Positions 53,172 to 64,000 of a stretch of DNA of 64,000 nucleotides are shown here, in pieces. Under the pieces are notes generated by a model. That model was not told the origin of the DNA, ran no database searches, and saw only the letters and a program-made list of their open reading frames with translations. The first letter of the stretch is position 1, and each line of letters starts with the position of its first letter. Origin of the DNA: Botryllus schlosseri (taxonomy: Eukaryota); assembly GCA_051294905.1 (NCBI GenBank), contig CM119372.1:25360001-25424000 (forward strand), in the 5' to 3' direction. The position numbers and the translations under genes are program-made.

Positions 53172-53460
53172 GGTCCGTGGACATATGAGCATGCGACATT
53201 ACAGCATGCGGCACCTCGGCATGCGACAATTTGGCATGCGACACATGAGCATGTGGGTTAAATTACGGGTTAGGGTTAGGTTAGGGTTGGATTTATGGTT
53301 GGGTTAGGGTTAGGCTTTAGATTAGGATATATATAAGGGTTAATTTCAGGGCTATGTTTCGGGTTAGGGTAAGTTTTTGGGTTATACAGTCACATGCTGA
53401 TGTGTTTTATGCTGAACAATCGTTTTCCAATGTTGCCGCATGCTCATATGTCGGGCAACC
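53172..53460. mobile_element. MITE with internal degenerate (GGGTTA)n tract
   Basis: Inverted ends gacatatgagcatgcg / cgcatgctcatatgtc around ttaggg repeats. Confidence 0.65.
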
Positions 53461-53758
53461 ACCAATGGGTTGCGGATTCGAGCCTTCAAGGCCGACCGAT
53501 TTCGATTCCAGAATTCCTGCCCAAGTGTTGGAGGTTTATCTAGGCTCCTCCTCGCCACGTGATCCGCGTTAGCGGGTCTTATAAAAAGGCTAGAAGTGGA
53601 CCGTGCTGCAAGTCGGTAAATACGGAATAATATTAAAGATTACCGGACTGGTGTTAAATGACAAATGTAGTCGAAACACCATGCGTATCAAACAAACAAA
53701 CACATTGATTGGATTGTGGAAACAAACTGGTAGGGGATCACTGCTGTAAGGTTCAAAG

Positions 53759-55050
53759 CAGGGCCTTGGAGCCGGAGCCGGAGCCCGGAGCCCCGGAGCC
53801 GTGCATTTTCACCGGAGCTGGAGCCGGAGCCGGAGCTCTACATAAAATTCAGCTGGAGCCGGAGCCGGAGCTGGAGCCCGTTATTTGAGGAGTAGCTCCG
53901 GCTCCGACGTATTTCATAAGATGCTATTATATATGCAACAACCACATCTGCTGATTTATCATAATTGAACAGCAGGCCTGAATTTTAATGCTGTGCACAG
54001 CAATGGCATAGACTAAAGTGCGTTATAGTGCAACTATCATGGTATCGACAATTGACATGTATTCATTATGACGTCACAAGCCGGCACGGCGGCACCTATG
54101 TCTTCGTTGCTACATCGGATGTTACTGACGGCTGACAGACTCTGGATTACTATAGATAACTAACCTACGGGTAGATTAGTAATACATATATAGACCAGGA
54201 ATGGCCAACCTTTTCGGCTAAAGGGGCACATGCAATTTACGAACGAGTGCGTGGTCCACTAGCCGCGCCAAGCGGGTAAAGTTTTTAAAGTTTATAAATG
54301 AACTAGGTCAATAATATTATTACTTGAGCATATTGCGGGTCTACTGTATACCGCCCACTAGGCTCAGTTTGCAAGGACACGACTATTCGGCGTCTGGCCA
54401 CATCGATATCGAAGGTCTCAGATAATATGCGACAATCATTTTGTGCCTACATTTAACCGTCGACGATCTTTATGCGAGCGCACACGAGAAAAGTCTTTCT
54501 CCCGTAATTGCGAATACGGTTAGACTCAATCGGGTAAATTAGGCGTTTTTCTTTCCTTTTAAAGTAGGAGGTAGGCTACCAAGCAAGAAATCGTGTGACA
54601 ATTAAACACTCGAAGCGTGAAGAAAAATTTCACTACTATTTTAGTTTATTGTAATGTACGACGATTTACTGAAAATGTGACTGGACCCTGGATCTGCCAA
54701 TGCGTCGGAACTGATATTTTAGTCATCAACATCCCAAGTGTCGCAGCCAGACTTGTAATTTTTGGGTGGCATTGCAAGTTCACAATCTGAGCAATTCATT
54801 TTCGATAATATAATAGGAAATTACCTCGCGGGTCACGCAAAACCCTCTCGCGGGCCAAATTTGGCCCGCGAGTTGGCCACCCCTGATATAGACAGGCCCA
54901 TTTGATAATTTCAGAGCCGGAGCCGGAGCTGGAGCCGGAGCAGTGGTAATAATGCGGCTCCGGAGCTGGAGCCGGAGCCGGAGCTAATGTATGATAGAAG
55001 AAAGCTCCGGAGCCGGAGCAGTTTAAATTTACGGCTGCTCCAAAGCCCTG
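53759..55050 (+). mobile_element. Element C, second copy, again containing MITE D (54196-54885)
   Basis: TIR cagggccttggagc / gctccaaagccctg with exact TSD gttcaaag; inner MITE has exact TSD atatagac. Confidence 0.92.
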
Positions 55051-56959
55051 GTTCAAAGGCATGCATATACTCTTGTAATTTGACACATTCGTCAATCTTG
55101 CATCGGTGACTCAGCGATATTTTTATTTCTTTTGCTATTTACAATAGACAGAAACATATCTTAACGCAAAATATCCATACGGTCACACAGACCAAATATT
55201 GCCGACATTTCGAACTTGATTCACCGTGTGCTAACATTCCCTAGTGATGAGAGTCAGCCGAAAACCTTTCAATGAACAAATCAGGAATATGAACAATGGA
55301 CATATTGATTCTTGCAATTCATTCTGATGTGTCTATTATGATAACCAAGTGCGGACTAAAAAATGACTAGAAAAAATTATTGACTCAATACTGTGACTAC
55401 TCGATTTTTCGTACAATCACTCGGACTCGACTGAGCTTGGACTTAACTCGATGACAAACAAATGACTCGACTTGACTAGAAAGCTGTGAATGAATTGTAA
55501 CTCGGAGCCTGAGACGGGGTTAAACCCGCTAGACGCCAACCCGCCACACGCCAAACGCCACCCTGCGGCTGAGTCTCTACGTGGCGTCTGGCGTCTGAAC
55601 GTGTTGAAAGTTGAAACGCAGACTGGCGGCTGAATCGCTACATGGCGTCTGGCGTGTGAACGTGTTGAAGCGCAGACTGGCGGCTGAATTGCTACATGGC
55701 GTCTGGCGTCTGAACGTGTTGAAACGCAGACTGGCGGCTGAATTGCTACATGGCGTCTGGCGTGTGAACGAGTTGAGACGCAGACTGGCGGATGAAGTGC
55801 TATATGGCGTCCAACATTTTAGGACGCTGTACTACAACATGGCGTTCGGCAATTTTGTGACGCCGCGTTAGATATCGGAATCATGAACTGAACCACAAGT
55901 TTGTATTTCTTTCTAATTAGAGATATAATTCTATTGCTAGGTTTATATAGCTCAGTGGTTGAAACGCAGACTGGCGGCTGAATTGCTACATGGCGTCTGG
56001 AGTGTGATCGGCTTGAAACACAGACTGGCGGATGAAGTGCTATATGGCGACTGGCGTTCAACATTTTAGGACACCGTACTGCGACTTGGCGTTCGGCGTC
56101 TGGCAATTTTGAGACGCTGTGCAGTGTGCAGGTAGCCAGTTGCATAGCGTCTGGTGTATAGGATATGATTTATAGGCAAAGTTACTCATTGAGATGGAAG
56201 GGAGTGCTGGTGAATCAAAGTGATTTATCGCTGCATTATTATCTTCCTCGATGGAGGAATAATGTCTGGTACCATAGTGTCCTATATGGTGTTTATATAG
56301 CTCAGTGGTCTCGACACAAGTAAATCTCACGGCTCAATGAAATCGGTCCACGTCATACTTTAGTTACATTTAGTCAAAGGCAAATTGACGGCGATTTTTG
56401 ACTGGCTTGCCGACCATTCAATTTGATGAAACGGGTATCAATTGAAAGCTGACGCTGCACTGATTACGAAAATATAAATAATGTTTCGTTCGATGCCCTG
56501 GAACCCCCATAATAAGCCTCGAATTTTTAATTGTTATGGAAATTGACATAGTGACGCAACAATGCTGTCTGGCGAAACGAGATCGACACTATGCTGCTAC
56601 AGTTATTTGTTTGGTTGCTGGATGTGTTTCCTTGTAGCAATGGCAGAAATGACTTTAGCTGAGGACTTGACGCACCTTATTAAAATCGTTACAGTTGAAG
56701 AAAATAGTTGCAGTCCATGCGACATCAGTCTTGAAACTGTGCAAAAGCTACATGATCATATTGAGGTAGTACACTGGGCTAACCGTGTAGAACATACCGT
56801 CCGGCCAGATTTACAAGGTTTGTCGATATTTTGTTTTATAGCCTACTTGCATACCGTCCTTCGCACTTCTTAGAACTAGCCTTTTTATTCATAATCGCAT
56901 GACGTAGCTGGCTAGCGACGTAGTTACGTAGATTACATCAGACGCAAGACGTCAGTACG

Positions 56960-57460
56960 TACAAATTAGACGCAGCCCGTGGCGTCTGCCTAGCTGATAT
57001 ATCCGACGCCACGCGTCGACATATACAAGTTAGATGCACCCATGGCGTCTGAATAGTTGATATACCAGACGCAAAGCGTCGGAATGTACAAATTAGATGC
57101 ATCCTGTGGAATCTCGATAGAGGATAGACGATATACATACAGACTCGAAACGGCGACAATCGACATGCACAATTTAGACGCAGCCCGTGGCGGCTGCATA
57201 GCTGATATATCCGATGCCACGCGTCGACATATACAAGCTGGATGCACCCGTGGCGTCTGAATAGTTGATATACCAGACGCAAAGCGTCGGAATGTACAAA
57301 TTAGATGCATCCTGTGGAATCTCGATAGAGCATAGACGATATACATACAGACTCGAAACGGTGACAATCGACATGCACAAATTAGACGCAGCCCGTGGCG
57401 GCTGCATAGCTGATATATCCGACGCCACGCGTCGACATATACAAGCTAGATGCACCCCGT
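56960..57460. repeat. 208-bp tandem repeat (~2.4 copies) built from three related subunits
   Basis: The unit recurs at a 208-bp offset (duplicated ORFs at 57057 and 57265). Subunits begin caa(a/g)ttaga(c/t)gca. Confidence 0.85.
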
Positions 57461-57641
57461 TACATCCACTGCAGCAGATGGCAAACGCCAAAATATCTAT
57501 TTATCCAATACTCAGTTTGAAATTCTTCTTCTTCATTTAATTGTAATTGTATTTGCAGCATGTCTGGGTGAAATACTAAATTCAGGGGTATCCTTTGCCC
57601 TCTCAATTCGGAGTTTGACATTTTAATATATATTTATACAG

Positions 57642-58247
57642 GTATATAGAATGACATTGTACTCCAAAAGAAAGTTTGTGACAAGTCCAAGGACTGAATT
57701 GGACAGGACTGATGTACAAAAAGATGGATATAAATGTGGAGTACTTGCTTTGAAGGTATTTGATACTTTCATGTATAATTATGTAGTATGGCTCGAATCG
57801 AATAAATGATTTGTACCCTACTCTCACTAGGCTGCTGAACTCTACTGTACAAGTGAGGCATCAATTCCTGATGTAGATCTACAGTTCGATCATTCTGCAC
57901 GAGCTTGTGAAGACTACCGAAAGTACTATGGCCAACTTCTACTTGATGAGACCGGTATGATACTCCATGTCACATTGATGTGAATCAAGCAAAATTATAA
58001 TAATATCAAACTATTTTCTGTACAGATGACGGAGAATTGGCAAATTATTGCAATGAATGAAGTAGTCAAATGCAATGATCACGGATTGGGTATGGATTTG
58101 AAAAGTTGATTTGTCCAGTATGATAATCCAAGTATTTTATAGGTTGCATGTGACGGCTGTGACCGGCGGACATACCAGGATTGCTGTTACCCAGGGCAAG
58201 ATCTACCATCTGGTCATTTTTATTGTGCTCGTTGCACTGCAGAATAA
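57642..58247 (+). pseudogene. Decayed 3' exons: Ulp1/C48 protease C-terminus plus PHD finger (copy 2)
   Basis: Exons 57642-57755 (RTDVQKDGYKCGVLALK), 57831-57954 (AAELYC...QFDHSARACEDYRKYYGQLLLDET), 58026-58089 and 58143-58247 (VACDGCDRRTYQDCC...FYCARCTAE*). Same intron positions as copy 1. Confidence 0.78.
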
Positions 58248-59523
58248 TTTGAATATAGTTACTTGAATTCTCATTCATCTCCATGCGAGTGTAAGGAGGG
58301 GCAGCAGAGACTAGTCAGGGGGAACCGGAGCTACGCAGTTGTTTTTAGTTATTAGGATTACTGATTTCGCAAAACCTGGCAATAGAATTATATCTCTAAT
58401 TAGAAAGAAATACAAAATTGTGGTTCAGTTCATGATTCCGATATCTAACGCGGCGTCACAAAATTGCCGAACGCCATGTTGCAGTACAGCGTCCTAAAAT
58501 GTTGGACGCCATATAGCACTTCATTCGCCAGTCTGCGTCTCAACCCATTCAGACGCCATGTAGCAATTCAGCCGCCAGTCTGCATTTCAACACGTTCACA
58601 CGCCAGACGCCATGCAGCAATTCAGCCGCCAGTCTGCGTTTCAACACGTTCACACGCCAGACGCCACGTAGAGACTTAGCCGCAGGGTGGCGTTTGGCGT
58701 GTGGCGGGTTGGCGTCTAAGCGGGTTTAACCCCTGTTGCGGAGCCTCGTGACTTGGTTACAAAACCCTGCAGAAATGACAACCAATATTCCTGCCGCTGG
58801 TCTGCAGAAATGACTTTTGGCTCAAATAGTTCAAAGGGATAGCCAAATTTCTGATTTATTCACATTGCTACATACGCGATGAAAAATTATTTCAACAAAA
58901 CACGTTGTCCAAAGAGCACAAGTAACTTATGCGCATGCGATTGGTAGGCCTATTGGTTTACCAAAGTACCAAGACACTTAACGTGGTTATCAATGTCCGT
59001 CCATAATGTCCTATATGGCTTGGACTGTGGGCACAAGCAAATATCACGGCTAAGTGAAATTGGTCAACGTCACACTTTCCATTTGGCTAAAGGCAATTTA
59101 ACCTTAATTTTTGACCGGCTTGCCGAGCGATAAATTTGATAAAAATCACCTTAAAAAAAACGAGTGACTTGACGTGACTCGAGTCACCTTGGAACATCGA
59201 TTGACTTGACTTGACTTGAGTCAAAATGTGCAATGACTCGAGATGACTCGCGACTCGAAGGTAGTGACTTGATCCCAACACTGGTTCACAAATCATATTC
59301 ATGTGGTCCATGATTCTCCCTCCACTCCATGGCTAAGAGCAAATCGGCCTCTTGGAGTTTCACTGCCACCCAGCGTGGCATAAAATGGAAATAGTTAGCT
59401 CGGCACTTCTGATCAACTATACGTATGGTTAATGGAAACTCTCGTGACGGCTTTCCGATATAGAATTCATTTTGTTCATCGAAAGCGCCGAATATATGTA
59501 TGCATGTAATTGCGTATGTAGGA

Positions 59524-61185
59524 TAGGGTTGCCATACGTCTGGAATTTCCCGGACATGTCCGGAGTTTCACTGTTCGAACTAGTGTGCGGGAGGAATTTT
59601 TAAAATATGCTAAATGTCCGGAATTTTGAAGACTGGACGTAGGCTCATAATTTTTTCGTAAATTAACGTGAAAACATTATTTTGGGGAAAATCTATGCTG
59701 ATGCATGATATTTTTTTCGCGATGCGCGCGATTTACTATCACATATATTGATTTTAATATGGGGACCACCACCCTCGCGAAAAGTGCCATAAAATATAAA
59801 TAAAAACAACCTTCATTTACTGGAATAAGCCTAATTGTAATCGCAATTATAGGAGAACGGTATTTTCCTAGAGATCGTTAAGGCCGTTTAAATGCAATAT
59901 TCAATGATAGTGGTTCCAAACTTGGCGATCGTTTGCCTTTATTCTGTGGTTTGCGAATATGATGAACGTATAATCAGCTTCCAAAATAGCCCGTGAGTAA
60001 GTCTGGGCAAAGGTGCTGACTTCTTTTAGTAATCAGCTCGTCAAATTTTGATCCGGGCCACGAAACATTTTCAAATTGGAGATGGAGTCGTGACCATAAA
60101 AGGTTGGAAACCACTGAATGTGGGGTGTTTATAACGCTCCGTCGTGCGCATCGGCATAAGGCTGATCAACAATCTTATGAACATGACTTACCAATGTACA
60201 ATTACGCTCGCTGTATTTTCGAACTCATCATCCTCCACCAGCTCTACCACTAACTCTGATCATGTGGACGAAGAGTATAGTAACTATAGTAACTATATAG
60301 TAATATATGGAACAACCAATATTAATGACAGAATTCATTCAAAAAATCTAACGACCAGATGCATTTACAAAACCAGATTCATATAGCAACCCCCCCCCCC
60401 ATCCCCTAGAAGTTGCATCGATTACCCTATGGTGGGCTGAAAATAATAGTTTATTTGGGTGGGGAGGGACTGAAAAATGTGGTTTCGGTCCCGGCTACAT
60501 AACACACAGCCACATACATACTTCTGAATACGGCTGGGCACATACTCGAATCTGAATCGAGTATTAATTTTAATGATTCGAGTCGAGTACTGAAAGACGA
60601 ATTTTTCGAGTAGGCCAACTGAAAATATACGCTCCTCACCACTGAAAGTTAATTTATCAACCAGAATTGTGGTTTCGATACTATTTTCCACTGTGGAGGC
60701 CTTGGAACCTTTATTGACCTATAGCAGCATGCGAAACATATTGTACAAAGCCATGAACGTTACTGGAAATAACACATTTACGAAGTCATGATCATCACAC
60801 AACATTGTCACGTTGTAATCAGTGCAACGAAATCGGTAAGGTAGAAAAAAATGCGACAGTATCTTTAATGTTATGCATGTAATAGGGATTATGTTCTTTG
60901 TCGTGGCATAAAAGGTACATATTTGGAATATTATATTCTGTCATGACGTCGTTATGAGTGATACTCGATTACTCGACTCGACTCGAAGCATATACATAAT
61001 ATGTGATTCAGAATCCAATCGCACAGGCACTCAATTTTGCCCAGCCCCACTGCTGAACTGGATCTGGACCACCTCTGGTTTATGAGCAAAGCTTTGCTCG
61101 TGTGACGTCAAAACTCATTTTTAAATCCTCTAGTGGGCGCTAAAGAATGTCCCGGAATTTGTGTCACAGAAATATGGTAACCCTA
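59524..61185. mobile_element. hAT-type element with TAGGGTT(G/A)CCATA termini and nested fragments
   Basis: TIR tagggttgccata / tatggtaacccta with tccggaa subterminal motifs; TSD not seen. Confidence 0.6.
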
Positions 61186-62247
61186 GGACGAGCTAATGCA
61201 CATTGCACAGCCCATATTTACCATCGAACTTTTTCGCGATTTCGAGTCAGTTGCTCATATACTTTCAACCAGATTTTTCGGTGAGACGTTGAATTTATTT
61301 CCAAAAATTATTGTACTCATGAAACATGCTGAATTGCTGGTTTTATGAGGTTTTCCAACTAATTGCCCCATCAGCTCTCCTGGATTGTTATTACTAACAA
61401 TGTTCGACGTTACGCGCCACTTTAGGGATTTTTACATGCGCGAATCTGCATGATGCAAAGAAAAAGACAGCCTATCAAATTTTCTAACATCTTATGGGTT
61501 GTAGATAATTTGAATGATATTTTGTGTAAATAATTTCACGATCTCGTCCATAAGCTCATACAAGTTTCTTCGAAAGTATTTAAACAATTACGACATAATT
61601 TCTATACATACTTTGTAAAACTAAACGGCGGATTTTATAACACTTCTTTAGATAACTTACACAAACTGAGACATTGCTAACCTGTTGTAGGCCTATATAT
61701 TGTAGATCTTTCATGTTGGTTGTTATAGTTCTTGAAATAGTCTAAACTTTGATTGCCATTAGCCTCCCAGTGTGAGTGAGAACGACTCATTTCGAGCCTG
61801 TCCTGGTTACTCGCGTAGGCTTGAGTTCAAAACGTTTTTCATACTCGGCATGATTGGTTTTCATTTGACTCCTGTCCTAGTAGTACGATACGTCGCTCGC
61901 TGTCCTAGTAGTACGATACGTCGCTCGCTGCAATATACTCATTTACTCACCCTTATACCCACAGTAAGATGTGTAATCCGAGACCGATATCTCATAACGC
62001 TCCAATAAAACCAACAAGTGCTTTGACCAAAATCCTGTGTGTCTCAAACATAACCGAACGGCGAACAATTTCCCAAGTACGCGATTCCCTGAGTTCCATC
62101 CCACCTCTGATATTTTTTTCATTTTTAGTCGTTATTATAGAAAATGTGTTTTCAGCGTAGACAGGAAAATAAACCATGGTTTGTTGCGTATGCATAAAAA
62201 CGACCAGCAATCCCGACAAGACAGCACGCGGGGTCGAAACAGACGAA

Positions 62248-62416
62248 CTAGACTTCGGACGGAACATATTGCAGGTAGCGACGAATAACAGGCGGCAGCA
62301 GCACCTCGTCGAGAGCAGCGGGCGGCATGAAGCGTCGAATTGCCAGACGGCACAAATGCTTCAGGGGCATCACCGAAACTTCCACCTCCAGCAGGCTCAG
62401 CGAACCGTCTGTGTGT
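62248..62416 (-). CDS. Terminal exon of a SOCS-box protein, probably WD-repeat and SOCS-box (WSB1/2-like); remaining exons not found in the window
   Basis: Acceptor tttcctttccag at 62417. HTDGSLSLLEVEVSVMPLKHLCRLAIRRFMPPAALDEVLLPPVIRRYLQY* contains a BC box and cullin box, preceded by a WD40-end-like TDGS segment as in WSB1. Confidence 0.75.
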
Positions 62417-63271
62417 CTGGAAAGGAAAGGACCATCAAGAAACGTTAATGGGCAAAGCGAAAACAAGGCAACGGAGCGACAAGTGTTAGATTGGATGGGA
62501 AGATCGCGCGCGAAGCCTTTTGACAAAGGTGTTGTCAATCATATCCCGATTATGTACGTACGCGATAGTGTTCACGCCACTGTCCTCTATCAAATCGATT
62601 GTTAACGCTTATTGCTGAGGATCAGTCGCCCAAAAACACGCATTCAGACTCAATGTACCAAATAGCCTGCTTCTCAAATTTAGACAGCTATAAAACTTTG
62701 GGTGGTTCTCAAGGGTCACCATATGTTCTTCTTTTGCATGAAATTGAAAATATCCTCCGAGGACGCCTAAATGTCCCCCTTTTTTAGTCAACACCACAGA
62801 AATATCGTGGGTAAATCGGGAATCCGAGGCACAGCGATGACCTCATTTTCTTAGTCCGCACACCAAGACTTCCAGTAAATATATATAAATCAGCTGTTTT
62901 CACTTTCAGAAAAGCAACTTTTATGAATTTCAAAAAGTGTCCTCCCTTTGGTATTCCAAAATATGGTAACCCTAGGTTATGCAACTCTTCTACGACCGAC
63001 ATCATCACAACCAGACAATGTAGGCCCTGCTAGCACGATATCATAGTCTAGTTTCGAGATCGCATCTATTCGCGGCACCATTAGTTAGACGCCAAGGCGC
63101 ATCTCGCAATTTCAAAATAGTCACCGCCGATTAACTGTCAAAAGTGTGCGACCTCTCGACCAAACCTACTTTTCGAAATTACTCCCTGCAGTAGTTTTAA
63201 CATGTCTGCTAAATTATTACTTCTACTTGCAGCGGAGTAGAAATTTACATGACTTTTACTTGGGTAGTCAC

Positions 63272-64000
63272 TAGGGATGGTGTGAACGTGAGGTTCACGT
63301 TCGCGTTCTGTGTGTGAACCTCCGAAATTTAGAGGTTCGCGTTCACAACAGAACCTTGGTAGGTTCTGCACTGTGAACCTTTTTCATATATTGCAATTTT
63401 CACTTCATTATAACATCTTTGGTTCATATTAATTGCATTTCAACTGCGGGCCACTCTATATGCATGGCGCTGGCAGCATTAAAAATTAACACTATAAACG
63501 AGCATGCACCTTGACAATCTCAAAAGTTTTACTTGCTTTGTAACAAATGTTTACTCGAAATATTCAGCTTTCCGTTTGTGAATATTTAGTGTCTCTCTGC
63601 TGTGAGTTTGACCTGCGATCACACAACATCACGAGCGAAATACGTAGTCAGCGAATGATGCTTATATTCAACCAATCAATGAGATTGATATCGTTTTCTG
63701 ATGCAAAAAAGCTAGCAGGGGTACGGGGCAATCTTGACTTCATATCTTTACTGCATCACGAGAACCAAATCCTTGTGATTGAGGTGTTGTCTACTGCTGT
63801 AAAACTTGTTATTGGGGTAATATCGGTAGCAAGTATAGAAAACAGTTTTACACTCAGCTCAATATCAATGTAGCGATAGGCTACTCAGACGCCGAATACA
63901 TTGTCCGGTCTGGCCTAGACCGTTAAGGCGTAAGCTTATATTCCCTGGTAAGTCCTCGTCGAAATTGTTGGCAAAGCGACGGAAGATATTGATTTTATAG
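63272..64000 (-). mobile_element. Third copy of the TAGGGATGGT element family, inverted and cut by the window end
   Basis: Reverse-complement match to ~42920-43630. Confidence 0.85.

Larger units (their letters stand above)
55511..58738. mobile_element. Zisupton-like non-autonomous DNA transposon, copy 2 (related subfamily)
   Basis: 8-bp TSD cggagcct (55503-55510, 58739-58746). Termini GAGAC-GGGGTTAAACCCGC ... GCGGGTTTAACCCC-TGTTG. Long inverted arms (~55516-55940 vs ~58380-58733) with ~55-bp subrepeats. Confidence 0.82.

Noticed and set aside
53265..53372. Telomere or interstitial telomeric (TTAGGG)n
   Set aside because: Short, degenerate and enclosed by the inverted ends of a MITE.

Overview
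Eukaryotic (not prokaryotic) genomic DNA with AT-rich GT-AG introns, some only about 62 bp. It is most consistent with an invertebrate chordate such as an ascidian (inference). Four host genes can be read: (1) a TIP41/TIPRL gene with an intronless CDS (-, 775-1650); (2) a 7-exon gene absent from the ORF track as a whole, encoding a secreted ~371-aa protein with three tandem, compact C-type-lectin-like domains (+, 26771-32798); (3) a 16-coding-exon delta-2-type protocadherin (-, 35539-47894; 6 EC repeats, TM, CM1, CM2); (4) the last exon of a WSB-like SOCS-box gene (-, 62248-62416). The rest is dense with non-autonomous DNA transposons, mostly hAT-type MITEs with readable 8-bp TSDs nested up to four deep, plus tRNA-derived SINEs, a LINE 3' end and a hAT transposase relic. 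The most notable mobile system is a pair of related Zisupton-like elements (3882-7966 and 55511-58738). They have 8-bp TSDs, mismatched outer 5 bp, subterminal inverted repeat arrays and decayed spliced exons for a Ulp1/SUMO-protease C-terminus plus a PHD finger. All calls are by eye; no database search was run.
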